64,000 bases of DNA from Bdellovibrionales bacterium (GTDB lineage: Bacteria > Bdellovibrionota > Bdellovibrionia > Bdellovibrionales > UBA1609): positions 487,574-551,573 of the forward strand of contig CBDBBW010000007.1 of the NCBI GenBank assembly GCA_965203225.1, given 5' to 3'. Shown piece by piece: positions 1 through 9,209 of the stretch; the stretch's first letter is position 1, and each line of letters opens with the position of its first letter. The position numbers and the translations under genes were made by a program. The notes under the pieces were generated by a model. That model saw only the letters and a list, made by a program, of their open reading frames with translations, was not told the origin of the DNA and ran no database searches.

Positions 1-1
1 A

Positions 2-277
2 CAAGGTTATGCTCCGGCTCAGTATAGCTTAGCCGATATGTATTATAATGGAGAAGGAGTGGAGCAAGATCTACATCGAGCAAGAGAGTGGATGGAAAAA
101 GCGTCTAAACAAGGTAATCCTCTGATTCAGCATAACTTAGCTAATATGTATTATAATGGAGAAGGAGGAGCGCAAGATCTACATCGAGCAAGAGAGTTGT
201 TTGAGAAAGCGGCTGAACAAGGTTATGCTCCGGCTAAAGAAACCTTGGAGAAGCTGTTTAAGAAAAAAAAGAAATAA
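2..277 (+). CDS. Sel1/SLR-repeat protein, C-terminal part (5' end outside window)
   Basis: Frame is open from the window edge. Two tandem ~36-aa units MYYNGEG(V/G)xQDLHRARE(W/L)xEKAxxQG match the Sel1-like repeat consensus. Lys-rich tail. Confidence 0.8.
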   Translation, partial: QGYAPAQYSLADMYYNGEGVEQDLHRAREWMEKASKQGNPLIQHNLANMYYNGEGGAQDLHRARELFEKAAEQGYAPAKETLEKLFKKKKK

Positions 278-611
278 GAGATCAGTTAAGGTCTTACATT
301 TTTTAAGCCTTGGAAAAGAATATACAAAGAAAATCGTTTAGAGTGTAAACAAATGATTTAGCAAATTATAGTAAAAACAATCATAGTTTGAATAAGCATC
401 GGAGGTAATGATGATAACAAAAAATAGTGTATGACTTAACTGCACATTTTTTTAATAAAAAAGAACTGAAACCCTTATCCACAGCTAAAGACTTAAGTCA
501 GCTACAACATCACCTAAACTTATACACTGAATATCACAAAGAAAGTAAAAAAAACAGCCTCAATTTATTGACGATAATCTTGGCAAATCTGCTTAAATAT
601 GCACAGTTAAG

Positions 612-992
612 TCATACATTATGTATATTACTGTTTAATTTTTCAAAAACTTTAATAAAAATTTCATCTTTTAATAAGCTTCCTAAAGGTCTTAATTCAA
701 AACCTGTTTTTCTAGGATTATTAGAAGCCTGATAAATGTCTCCTCCAGCTACAGAAATTAACTTTCTTATTGCTGATTCAATTTGATGCATCAATACAGA
801 GCAACTTACAATATAATTTTTGTTAAAATAGGCATTTAAACCTTCTTTTATAATAGGATGACTTGCCTTTGTAAATATTGGCGACTTAAACAAATGCTCT
901 GACAATGAGTTTGCATCTAATAATTTATTCTTTTCAAGATGACTTAGTCCCAATGAAATAAATAGAACACTGATCATTACTACCTGATTCAA
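612..992 (-). CDS. hypothetical protein, probably a gene fragment
   Basis: 126-aa ORF only, with no motif I can name. Its 5' end collides head-to-head with the truncated DUF4145-like gene. Confidence 0.25.
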   Translation of the reverse strand: MNQVVMISVLFISLGLSHLEKNKLLDANSLSEHLFKSPIFTKASHPIIKEGLNAYFNKNYIVSCSVLMHQIESAIRKLISVAGGDIYQASNNPRKTGFELRPLGSLLKDEIFIKVFEKLNSNIHNV

Positions 993-1459
993 TAGCTAAG
1001 CCACAGCCAGATTATATACCTGCACCTATTAGAAAGGACTATCAGGAAGCTTGCAGAATATCACATCTCAGTCCGAATGCTTCTGCCATTTTATCCAGAA
1101 GATTTTTAGAAAGCATGATTAAAGATTTCTGTGAAATAAAAGAAACCTCTCTTTATCAATCCATAGAGAAATTAAAAAGCAAATTGAAAAATAATGAAGC
1201 TCCTAAAGGTGTTACAGAAGAAACAATAGAAGTTATTGACAGTATAAAAAGAATGGGACGCATAGATGCACATATAAAAGAACCGACAGGTATGTTGGTT
1301 GATATTAAACCTAAAGAGGCTACTCTACTTGTTGAGCTTATAGAAATATTATTTAAAGATTGGTATATTGCCAGAAATGAAAGACAAAAGTGGTATATAG
1401 CTGAAGGTGGTTATAAAGAAACTCTTTGGAAATGGAAGAATGAAGCCAAACAAGGTTAA
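974..1459 (+). pseudogene. DUF4145-like helical-domain protein, 5'-truncated
   Basis: Frame is open from 974 (after TGA 971-973); the first ATG is only at 1115. APIRKDYQEACRISHLSPNASAILSRRFLESMIKDF resembles the DUF4145 core, which is often linked to restriction/Abi genes. The expected N-terminal part is missing. Confidence 0.45.
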
Positions 1460-1574
1460 ACAAAATAAAAGAGACTACTATACAAAAAGAACAAAAACGA
1501 AATTCTGGAGCAAAAAGCCAAAACTATGAATGATTATAAAAAAAGAAAATATTTATCCTCTTTCAAAGAGAAAA

Positions 1575-3290
1575 CTATTTTTTCTTTTCTATTTTATATA
1601 AATCAAACAACTTTTTAATTGAAGGTTCCGGTGATTTGGATTTTTTCTTTACTTTCCAGTCTCTTCTTTTTTCTCCTTTTTCTATAAAACCATTTTTTTC
1701 CCATTGTTGAAATAATTTTGACAACTGCACTATCTCTGATTGACTATTAGATAAACCAAAAAGCTGTCTTGCCTCTTTGTTTGTTATATAACCTGCACGA
1801 TTCTCCCTATAAGCATAATTTTGTAGTATTTTTTTAAATTTGTTTTCCTCTGCCTTTGAAAACACCTTTGACTCCTGACCTTCTAATTGAACTTTTACCC
1901 AGCGTTTTAAAAGAATTTTTATTACTGGCTGTTTCTTGTTTTTTTCAGGGTATTCAGTGGTTAATAAAAAAGGGGAATCATTATTTGAAAGAAGTTCAAC
2001 TATAAGCCTTTTATGATACTCGTCTATATAACTAAAAATTTCTTCTAAAGTTTTATCTCTCCATAATACAAAGGCCGCTGAAATTTTATATTTATCTGTA
2101 TTACTTTCATATAATCTTCTAAACTTTTTAAGAAGTTTTAAAAAATTCTTATTTGGCTGTTCATTATATATAGTCACTGACCATATACCATAAGCATCTG
2201 AGAGTCTTTGATATTCAAAGAGAGGTTCTCTTCTTCCATTTTCAATCATATATTTAAAAATCTTGTTTTTTCCTGTTCCAAGTTCATCAGAAAATTTAGC
2301 TTTTCTTAGAATTTTCATTAAGAAGGGATTATAAGAGGAATGACTTTGAGAGAATTTTTTATTGATGAAAGCTGTAGCTTTAGCTGAACAATGGTTTGAA
2401 ACCTTAATTCTGTTTTTATATAGCTCAACCGTTATTTCTCCCTTCTGTTTTTCAAAAGCAGAGTGGGCAACAGCATTGACAAGAACTTCTCTTAAAACAG
2501 AATCAGGGTATGGTTTTTCTTCCGTAACAGATACAGAGCCGGGGATTAAACTGATTCCTTTAGTTCTTGTCCATGACTGGATATGTTGGATAAAATCTTC
2601 CTTTAACAAGGAGTATAAACCTTCCTTTTCATACTGATCTATAAGCTCGGATTCCTGATTATAATGTGCAACTCTAAAAGAAAAATCTCCAAATAAAATT
2701 CCTGAAACATTTTTATCTTTTATATTCAGTTTAGACAAAATATTATCCGCTGATAGTTTCAACCAGTCTTCATCGCCATTTTTTAAGAATTTTGCAAAAT
2801 CTAAAATCAAAGAAGAGTTTACTTTCCCTTTATAATCAAAACTTGAAAAATCAAGACCAGGACGCTTTAGTTCTTGTTCTTGTTTTTCCCCTGGAGTCAT
2901 CTCCTCTGTTCTTGTTCCCAACCTTTTGTAAAATTTTTCATTCCAAGAAACTACTGCCTTGGGATTTATAATTTCAATAAGTATAAACTTTTTGTTATTT
3001 ACAGTCTCAGCAGAAATAGATTGCACTGTAGAATTAGGCTCAAGATACTGACCGATATGATTTTCTATACCAGTTTCCTGTTTTTTCACCCAACCTGAAT
3101 CCTTACCCAATAAAAAACCTTTATCATCAATGCCAATAATTAACCATCCACCTTCTTCTTCATTTCCAATAGCAGAAATACTTTTTCCATGTTCTTGATG
3201 CCACTTGGACTTAAATTCTACATGTTTATTTTCAGTTAACTGCCCAGAAGATAACTTATCCAGTAAAACCGTTTTTGTGTAAGAACTCAT
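1575..3290 (-). CDS. AlbA_2 (Schlafen-like) DNA-binding domain + HATPase_c_4-like domain protein with Lys-rich C-terminal region
   Basis: 571-aa ORF. N-terminal ENKHVEFKSKW...GGWLIIGIDDKG fits the AlbA_2 / divergent AAA_4 signature. REVLVNAVAHSAFEK fits the HATPase_c_4 signature (RE..NA..H). This family is usually annotated as a putative transcriptional regulator or RecG-like protein. Confidence 0.65.
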   Translation of the reverse strand: MSSYTKTVLLDKLSSGQLTENKHVEFKSKWHQEHGKSISAIGNEEEGGWLIIGIDDKGFLLGKDSGWVKKQETGIENHIGQYLEPNSTVQSISAETVNNKKFILIEIINPKAVVSWNEKFYKRLGTRTEEMTPGEKQEQELKRPGLDFSSFDYKGKVNSSLILDFAKFLKNGDEDWLKLSADNILSKLNIKDKNVSGILFGDFSFRVAHYNQESELIDQYEKEGLYSLLKEDFIQHIQSWTRTKGISLIPGSVSVTEEKPYPDSVLREVLVNAVAHSAFEKQKGEITVELYKNRIKVSNHCSAKATAFINKKFSQSHSSYNPFLMKILRKAKFSDELGTGKNKIFKYMIENGRREPLFEYQRLSDAYGIWSVTIYNEQPNKNFLKLLKKFRRLYESNTDKYKISAAFVLWRDKTLEEIFSYIDEYHKRLIVELLSNNDSPFLLTTEYPEKNKKQPVIKILLKRWVKVQLEGQESKVFSKAEENKFKKILQNYAYRENRAGYITNKEARQLFGLSNSQSEIVQLSKLFQQWEKNGFIEKGEKRRDWKVKKKSKSPEPSIKKLFDLYKIEKKK

Positions 3291-3435
3291 TTTTTAAACC
3301 TTAATATTATTTATAGAGCTTTTTTTAAGATAAACAAGTCTTGTCTATGATCTGGGAAATCAGAGGGCATCCAAATGACAAGCCTAGCCTTCTTATGGCT
3401 ATTTTACAATTTTGTCCAAAAAATTAGTAAAAAAA

Positions 3436-3948
3436 CAGAGACGACACGCAGACGACATGACTGGCACAAACTATTGATTTTCGCGGATTTTTTCAAGTAG
3501 TTGAAAACAGAGTGCGCCGAATTTGTTCAGACGACACGCAGACGACACGCAGACGACATCAAGGCACAAACTATTGATTTTCCCGGATTTTTTCAAGCAA
3601 CTGAAAGCAGAGTGCGCCGGATTTGTTCAGACGACACGCAGACGACATGCAGACGACATGACTGTCACAAACTATTGATTTTCCCGGATTTTTTCAATTA
3701 ACTGAAAGCAGAGTGCGCCGGATTTGTTTAGACGACACGCAGACGACATGACTGTCACAAACTATTGATTTTCCCGGATTTTTTCAATTAACTGAAAGCA
3801 GAGTGCGCCGGATTTGTTTAGACGACACGCAGACGACACGCAGACGACATGACTGTCACAAACTATTGATTTTCCCGGATTTTTTCAAGCGACTGAAAGC
3901 AGAGTCAGCCGGATTTGTTCAGACGACACGCAGACGACATGACTGGCA
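3436..3948. repeat. Composite tandem array: 5 units of 90-101 bp, each with 2-3 nested 11-bp subrepeats (gacgacacgca)
   Basis: The core cacaaactattgattttcccggattttttcaa recurs at 3465, 3565, 3666, 3756 and 3857. Period varies with the number of cagacgaca(c/t)g subunits. No unique spacers. Confidence 0.9.
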
Positions 3949-4394
3949 TAATAAATATCGGTAAAATGGCGGGGTAAACCTCGCCCCTCTCATTGATTTT
4001 AGCTGGAATTTAACGGGATACTCCGGTTAGTGGATATAAAGGGAAAACTATTTATAAAATAAGAAAATATGTAAAAATTTATAATAAAAAATACATCAAA
4101 GCAAGAAATTCAAAGCCACTAAAAGACTTCATAAATCGTGCTAAAATATTTAATGAAGTTTTTTATAGAAATAAAAAAGGCAGTAAAAAAGAACTATATG
4201 GAATTTTTATGAATTATGTTGAGCGTGCAAAGAAAATATTGAATAAGGATGATGAAAGAAAATATAATTTATCAGACAAACAGTTTCTTAAACATAAAAA
4301 GCGGATTCATAAAAAAATTGATGAAGCAATAATAAAACTTTCTGCTTTTAACACTTGATAGTTCCATAAAAAATTCATCTTCTTTAAAAATTAA

Positions 4395-4640
4395 AAAGAT
4401 CTTCATAAGATAGTGAGAAGATTTTGTGAGATGGCTGTAGAGGAAGAAGTGATTAACAAAAATCCTGTAAAGGATATTAAAATCAAATTCCCCTCACCTG
4501 AACAAAAGATTTTAACTTCTGAGGAAGCGGATAAGCTCTTAAAAGAAGCTCATGTTTGCAACCACAGATTTTATCTTCAATGGGCGGTGGCCTTATTTAC
4601 AGGGATGAGGAACGGAGAGATATATATACAACAACCCTAT
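4395..4640 (+). pseudogene. tyrosine recombinase (phage-type integrase) internal fragment
   Basis: RRFCEMAVEEEVINKNPVKDIK...LTSEEADKLL...ALFTGMRNGEI is the core-binding to first catalytic Arg (TGxRxxE) region. There is no N-terminal arm domain upstream (stop at 4392) and the homology ends near 4630. Confidence 0.6.
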
Positions 4641-4806
4641 AAAAGGGGAAAACCATATCAGGCTTTCCTATAAGGCCATGTCCTATTCTATATCTATACC
4701 CTTTTTTCCAAATTAGCTTTCTAACGATAATTTCTGGTTTTGTGTTTTTATTCTTTATTTGAGACATGCAATGATGCCTCTGTTTTCTTGTAAGATTGTC
4801 TGTCAT
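4640..4806 (-). pseudogene. vsr: very-short-patch repair endonuclease (Vsr), N-terminal fragment
   Basis: MTDNLTRKQRHHCMSQIKNKNTKPEIIVRKLIWKKGYRYRIGHGLIGKPDMVF matches the Vsr N-terminus (S..M..I....T.PE...R..L...G.RYR......GKPD.VF). The rest of the enzyme is missing; the ORF tail is antisense to the integrase fragment. Confidence 0.6.
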
Positions 4807-5117
4807 TTTATCACCTATATAAAGAATAATAAATTTTTAAAAAAATAGAAAGATAAAAAAACCGATCTATCTTCTTCTTAAGAAAATAGAAAGATCGTGT
4901 AATTTTTACTATTTGAATTAGAGCAAAAGAGGATGACAAAGAATGGTTTAAAATAATGAATGATATAAGTTAGAGAAAGATACAAAAAATTGATGACTGG
5001 AGGTAAAAGTTCGGAGTAAAGATTGAGTATAAATTTTTTTTAAATATTACTTTTGCACGAAAAAAGCTTTTCAAAGAAAACTCTCTATCGAAATTTTTGA
5101 CGGAATACTCTGGTTAA

Positions 5118-5230
5118 TAGGGTTATCAGCAGTTATCAAAGGGATAAAAAAGAGGTGGTTTTATAGTGTTTTTTGGCTTATTTTAGTGTTTTGAAAATTA
5201 TCTCTTCTGACCCGTCTACCTCGCCATTCG
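5118..5230. repeat. Divergent partial copy (C) of the ~190-bp repeat family also found at 10767-10958 and 12329-12526
   Basis: agcagttatcaaagggataaaaaagaggtggttttat...cccgtctacctcgccattcg aligns by eye with agcggtcatcaacaggataaaaagcgttggttttat...cccgtcccatcctgccattgc. A ~40-bp piece at 4008-4050 is also related to 5095-5130. Confidence 0.6.
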
Positions 5231-5649
5231 TTTCTTTAAGCCTTATAAAGGCTAGGGTTTTTCAGAGAAAAATGTTTAACTTGCCGGCTTTATCTTCTGT
5301 GAATAAAATGTCTTTCTGAGATTTCAGCTTCCATCAATTTGCTGTAGAAGCGATTTCACTAGATTAAGTCTTTTTTCCCTAGTTTTTTAGCTTCATTTAT
5401 TACAAGTTCTTGGAGCTTATGAACTTCTTTAATATATGAGCTTAGCTTCTTTCTGATTTCTCTAATATATTCTGTCATTTTCTTGGAAAGCCTTTTTATA
5501 CATTCATGACGCTGATCTAATAATTCCTTTTGTTTGTTCTTAATTTCATTTCTTAAATCATCTTCTTGTTTTTTTCTTTCTTCTTCTGTTTTTTTTATTT
5601 CATTAAATCTGATTTTGATTCTTAGTTTCTATTATATCAGAAAGGAGTG

Positions 5650-5972
5650 TAAGATTCAAAATCTTTAATAAGAAGCTTGAATTGAAAGTTTACCAGTTGG
5701 AAGTTGCATTGAACATCAGAACCATTTGTTGTATTGCTATATGCCAGTAAGATTTTTTATTTTTTCTGTTATAGGATTATTGGTTTTCATTAAATAACTA
5801 CCAAATTTTACAGGGCAAGATGAACTTGTATCCCAAATCATATATCCTATTTCAATAATATCTGAATAAGAAAGGTCAATTCCTGTTGTTTCTAAATCTA
5901 TTCCAAGTAGACATATTATTGTAGTTTCTTTTCTTATGTAGCTGATTAATTTAATCTGAAGACTGTTTTCAT
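5650..5972 (-). pseudogene. DnaQ-like DEDD 3'-5' exonuclease remnant directly downstream of the RT
   Basis: Manual translation gives ATG at 5972 (MKTVF), then a frameshift into ...ISYIRKETTIICLLGIDLETTGIDLSYSDIIEIGYMIWD...ITEKIKNLTGI, with a stop at 5738. This is the ExoI motif D-x-E-T-T-G and the LTGI box. Further degraded frame continues below. Confidence 0.45.
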
Positions 5973-5989
5973 AGTATTAATGTAAAAAA

Positions 5990-7642
5990 TTAATAGTATC
6001 CGTATCTTTGAGGAAAAGTAGCAAACTCCTCTCGTTTAATAGGTTTGCCTTTTATTTTGTTCAATTCTTCTTCGTTAATTATAGCTTTATCTTTTATTAT
6101 TTTTTTAAAATTATCTTTTAACCAATTGGATTCCCAGATAGGTATATTACCTGTATTGGCTACAATATTACAAATAGGTTCATCAAAATCAAATGAAATA
6201 CTTTCGTTAAAACCAATAACAACCCTTTGTAGCCAAATATCTAAATATCCTGTATTGGGAATTTTTTGGAATTTTTTTCTAATTTTCTCGATAATATTTT
6301 TTTGTTCTTTTTTTTGATCAATATGTTTGATCAACTGGCTTATTATGGGTGCTGATATATTGTAAGTTATAGGGTTATGATAAGTTATATCTACAATAAT
6401 ACTAATAAGCTGATATACATTTTTGAACTTTGTTTTGCTTTTCTTTATTTTCTTTATTATATCATAGACTTGCTGTAAAGCAGTTTTTAGACTGCCGGAA
6501 TTGGGAAATTCCTTCGAAAAAGCATAAATAAGAATTAGATCTTTTTGAACAGAACCCATAATTTGTTTTTGAACAGAATCCATGCTTTGTTTTTGAACAG
6601 AACCCATAATTTGTTTTTGAACAGAACCCATGCTTTGTTTTTGTTGCATCCAATATAATTTATCAGGTTTGATTGAGACTTTTATAACCTGATCAGTAGG
6701 TTTTGTTTTATTTGGGTTTAATGACATTCCAAAACCAATAAGTATTTCAGATATAATTTTAACAATTTTTTCGCCATTTTTTAAACTGTTTGTAAATATT
6801 CTGTAATCATCTCTATATCTGATTATCTTATAATTCTTTATATCAGGGTCCTTTTTTATCTTTTTTGTTAGATCATAATCAATATAACCAAGAACCATTT
6901 CTGCAATAAAATCCATAAGGACAGAGCCTTGCGGTATTCCATTGGTTTGTCCATACGACATATCTCTTAAATATTTGTCTATGACATTGCCAATTAATTT
7001 TTTATTGTTACGATTTTCTTTTTTTTTTGCTTCCTCTCTACCATGTATAGCCCAAGATACTGAGTGGGTATAAATAGATCCATAACAGTTGGAAATATCT
7101 ATATGTGTAAGGTATTCATAATCGAGAGACATTTTAATTGATTGTTGTTCAACTTTTTCCCACCAAGACAAAATTTGTTCAGCTTTATTTTTTTTCTTCG
7201 GTTTAGATGAAATAACTGGGATACTCATACATTTAATATGAAGTTTTTTTCTCAACTTTTTAAATCTCTTACAAATGGTTTCCCAATGATCTTTTTTTGT
7301 AATACTATGAACAAGCGACATATATAATACAGGATGGATGAGCTGTATAGGTCTCCATGCATACTTTCCATCTTTATTATGAAGTATGATGTGATTTATC
7401 TTTTCTTCATCCCTGGGAGGAGATTTCTGAAAAATATATTTACCATTTGTAAACAATTCTTTATCTTTTAATAAAGAACTAACGCTTTTTAAAATTGAAT
7501 CAAATGAAATATAAGGAGGTAAATCAAAGTTAAAATAACTTTCATTTTTCATAAAAAATTCACAAGCTTCTAAATATGACAAATCAAGAATACTTTTTCT
7601 TTTATCACTTCTATGTGATTTTTTAATTTTAGATTTAGACAT
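5990..7642 (-). CDS. Reverse transcriptase, Abi/UG (defence-associated) type with C-terminal helical extension
   Basis: Motif A: HIDISNCYGSIYTHSVSWAI. Motif B: NGIPQGSVLMDFIAEMVL. Motif C: IIRYRDDYRIF (YxDD). Motif D/E: FGMSLNPNKTK. About 200 aa of helical tail follow. The track start at 7711 is a TTG overlapping the upstream pseudogene stop, so ATG 7642 (MSKSKIKK) is more likely. Confidence 0.85.
   Translation of the reverse strand: MSKSKIKKSHRSDKRKSILDLSYLEACEFFMKNESYFNFDLPPYISFDSILKSVSSLLKDKELFTNGKYIFQKSPPRDEEKINHIILHNKDGKYAWRPIQLIHPVLYMSLVHSITKKDHWETICKRFKKLRKKLHIKCMSIPVISSKPKKKNKAEQILSWWEKVEQQSIKMSLDYEYLTHIDISNCYGSIYTHSVSWAIHGREEAKKKENRNNKKLIGNVIDKYLRDMSYGQTNGIPQGSVLMDFIAEMVLGYIDYDLTKKIKKDPDIKNYKIIRYRDDYRIFTNSLKNGEKIVKIISEILIGFGMSLNPNKTKPTDQVIKVSIKPDKLYWMQQKQSMGSVQKQIMGSVQKQSMDSVQKQIMGSVQKDLILIYAFSKEFPNSGSLKTALQQVYDIIKKIKKSKTKFKNVYQLISIIVDITYHNPITYNISAPIISQLIKHIDQKKEQKNIIEKIRKKFQKIPNTGYLDIWLQRVVIGFNESISFDFDEPICNIVANTGNIPIWESNWLKDNFKKIIKDKAIINEEELNKIKGKPIKREEFATFPQRYGYY
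6542..6645 (-). repeat. In-frame 24-bp tandem repeat (4.3 copies) inside the RT gene
   Basis: tttttgaacagaa(c/t)ccat(aa/gc)tttg runs head-to-tail from 6542 and encodes (Q)KQ(S/I)M(G/D)SVQ x4 between the RT catalytic core and the helical tail. Confidence 0.95.
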
Positions 7643-7700
7643 TACTTCAAACCCGGTTTTTGTTTTAGATGAATAAATATATTGTATCAATATTATTGCA

Positions 7701-8056
7701 TTACTTTGCAATAATCAAAACTTCTTTTGAAGATCCATTGCTTAAAACATACTTATAATCAAGTTTTTTTATTTCAATAGATGTTTTGTATTTTTTTAAT
7801 ATATAAACTAATTCATTTATTTTAGGTATTCCGTTATATCTATAAGAAACAACCAAGATTGAATCTTGAAATTTTTTAAATAGTTTTTCAAATGCTTCTT
7901 GTATTTCACCCTTATTGCACCATTCATTTTTTTCATTTTTTATTTTTAGATTTTTTATCAGTTAAATTAGACCATTCATTATAAAAAGCAATACCTTCAA
8001 GAAAATGGTAAAAATCAAAATAATTTACACCAATACCTTTTTCTGAAATATAGAGA
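7701..8056 (-). pseudogene. D12-class (Dam-like) N6-adenine DNA methyltransferase, C-terminal remnant with frameshift
   Basis: Manual translation: ...YISEKGIGVNYFDFYHFLEGIAFYNEW.. (frameshift) ..FEKLFKKFQDSILVVSYRYNGIP...IEIKKLDYKYVLSNGSSKEVLIIAK, then stop. This resembles the Dam C-terminus (vviSNsd...v.v.r.isSNg...v.ELL). The stop overlaps the TTG at the RT ORF start. Confidence 0.4.
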
Positions 8057-8124
8057 AAAAGGCCAAGAAATGATAAAAATCTACTCCTTCAAAAAAACCT
8101 TAAATTAGCTCTTGGCGTTAAAAA

Positions 8125-8155
8125 TTGACTAACAAAGGTCTGGAAAGCTTATAAT
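8125..8155 (+). promoter_or_regulatory. Candidate sigma70 promoter for the DprA-like/PRTase pair
   Basis: TTGACT (8125-8130), a 19-nt spacer, then TATAAT (8150-8155), 134 nt upstream of ATG 8289. The spacer is longer than optimal. Confidence 0.4.
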
Positions 8156-8288
8156 CCATTCCTCTTGCTGAATCCTATTTATTTTTTTGATAGGTCAGTT
8201 ATAAAAAATAGTAAAGATCAGGGCTTTTTGTACCCTATTTACTAGTTGAACCATTTGTTGTTTATTACTAAAATAACATAGTATTCTT

Positions 8289-9209
8289 ATGACACAAATA
8301 TCAGAAGATTTTATCCAAGATGTTATTTCTCCCCAACAAGAAATGTCTGCGTATGAAACTTTGTGGGCTATGGAAGATATTAAAGAGAAAACTCTAAAGG
8401 AAATGTTTGAAAAATACACTCCTTTTGAAACATTAAAGAGAATATCTAATCAATACGAACAACAGCAGGAATTATTTGTATCAAAGCAATCCACTTTAGA
8501 AATACAAGAAAAAGTAAATAAATTTCTGGAAAATTCATTAGGCAAAAAGCATCTTCCTTTTTCAATAGTGGTAAATAGAGGCATCCAATATCCAGAAAGT
8601 TTAAAGAGCGATTATCCTATAGGTTTATTTTATTATAAAGGGGATTTAGGTATATTAGAAACAAAATGTATTTCAATAGTAGGTGCGAGAAAAGCTTCTC
8701 CGCTAGGAATACAAAAAGCTAAAGAATTAGCCAAAGAATTAAGCACTAAGGAATTTACTATTGTTTCTGGACTTGCTCAAGGTATAGATACAGCGGCTCA
8801 TCAATCAGCAATTGAAAATAACAGCCTCACAATTGGAGTTATAGGGACGCCTATTAACAAATACTATCCACAGGAAAATAAACATTTACAGGACGAAATT
8901 GCAAAGAACTTTCTTCTTATAAGCCAAGTGCCGTTTTATAAATATGAAAATGAACCATTCAAGCACCGTTCCTATCATTTCCCTCGACGAAATATGACAA
9001 TGGCTTCAATTTCAAAAGCTACTGTTATTGTGGAAGCTTCAGATACAAGCGGTTCTCTTGTTCAAGCTAGAGAGTGCCTTAAACAAAATAAAAAATTGTT
9101 TATAATGGATTCCTGTTTTAATAATCCAAAAATCAGTTGGCCTGGAACTTATGAAAAAAAAGGAGCTATCAAGGTAAAAAACTATTCAGATATTTTGGAT
9201 AATATTTAA
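8289..9209 (+). CDS. DprA/Smf-family (SLOG-fold) protein
   Basis: CISIVGARKASPLGIQKAKELAKELSTKEFTIVSGLAQGIDTAAHQSAI...GVIGTPINKYYPQEN...FPRRNMTMASISKATVIVEASDTSGSLVQAREC follows the DprA Rossmann core (VGsR..S..G, SG.A.GID..aH, YP..n, F..RNr, vEa...SGsl.tA). Confidence 0.8.
   Translation: MTQISEDFIQDVISPQQEMSAYETLWAMEDIKEKTLKEMFEKYTPFETLKRISNQYEQQQELFVSKQSTLEIQEKVNKFLENSLGKKHLPFSIVVNRGIQYPESLKSDYPIGLFYYKGDLGILETKCISIVGARKASPLGIQKAKELAKELSTKEFTIVSGLAQGIDTAAHQSAIENNSLTIGVIGTPINKYYPQENKHLQDEIAKNFLLISQVPFYKYENEPFKHRSYHFPRRNMTMASISKATVIVEASDTSGSLVQARECLKQNKKLFIMDSCFNNPKISWPGTYEKKGAIKVKNYSDILDNI

Noticed and set aside
3501-3701. 66-aa ORF in the 100-bp array, and the 63-aa ORF 6462-6653 antisense in the RT repeat
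   Set aside because: Both are generated by repeat periodicity. The second is on the same strand but out of frame with a well-supported RT gene.
3436-3948. Possible CRISPR array (regular about 100-bp periodicity)
   Set aside because: The whole unit is repeated and there are no unique spacer segments. The period varies only through 11-bp subrepeat number. This is a tandem minisatellite, not a repeat-spacer structure.
5990-8288. Retron (msr/msd + RT) or group II intron interpretation of the RT
   Set aside because: The sequence upstream of the RT is a methyltransferase remnant, not a structured a1/a2-flanked ncRNA. I did not find a retron-type VTG motif. There is no maturase/X or En domain and no intron domain V-like hairpin. 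The YRDD box and SIYTHS motif fit Abi/UG RTs better.
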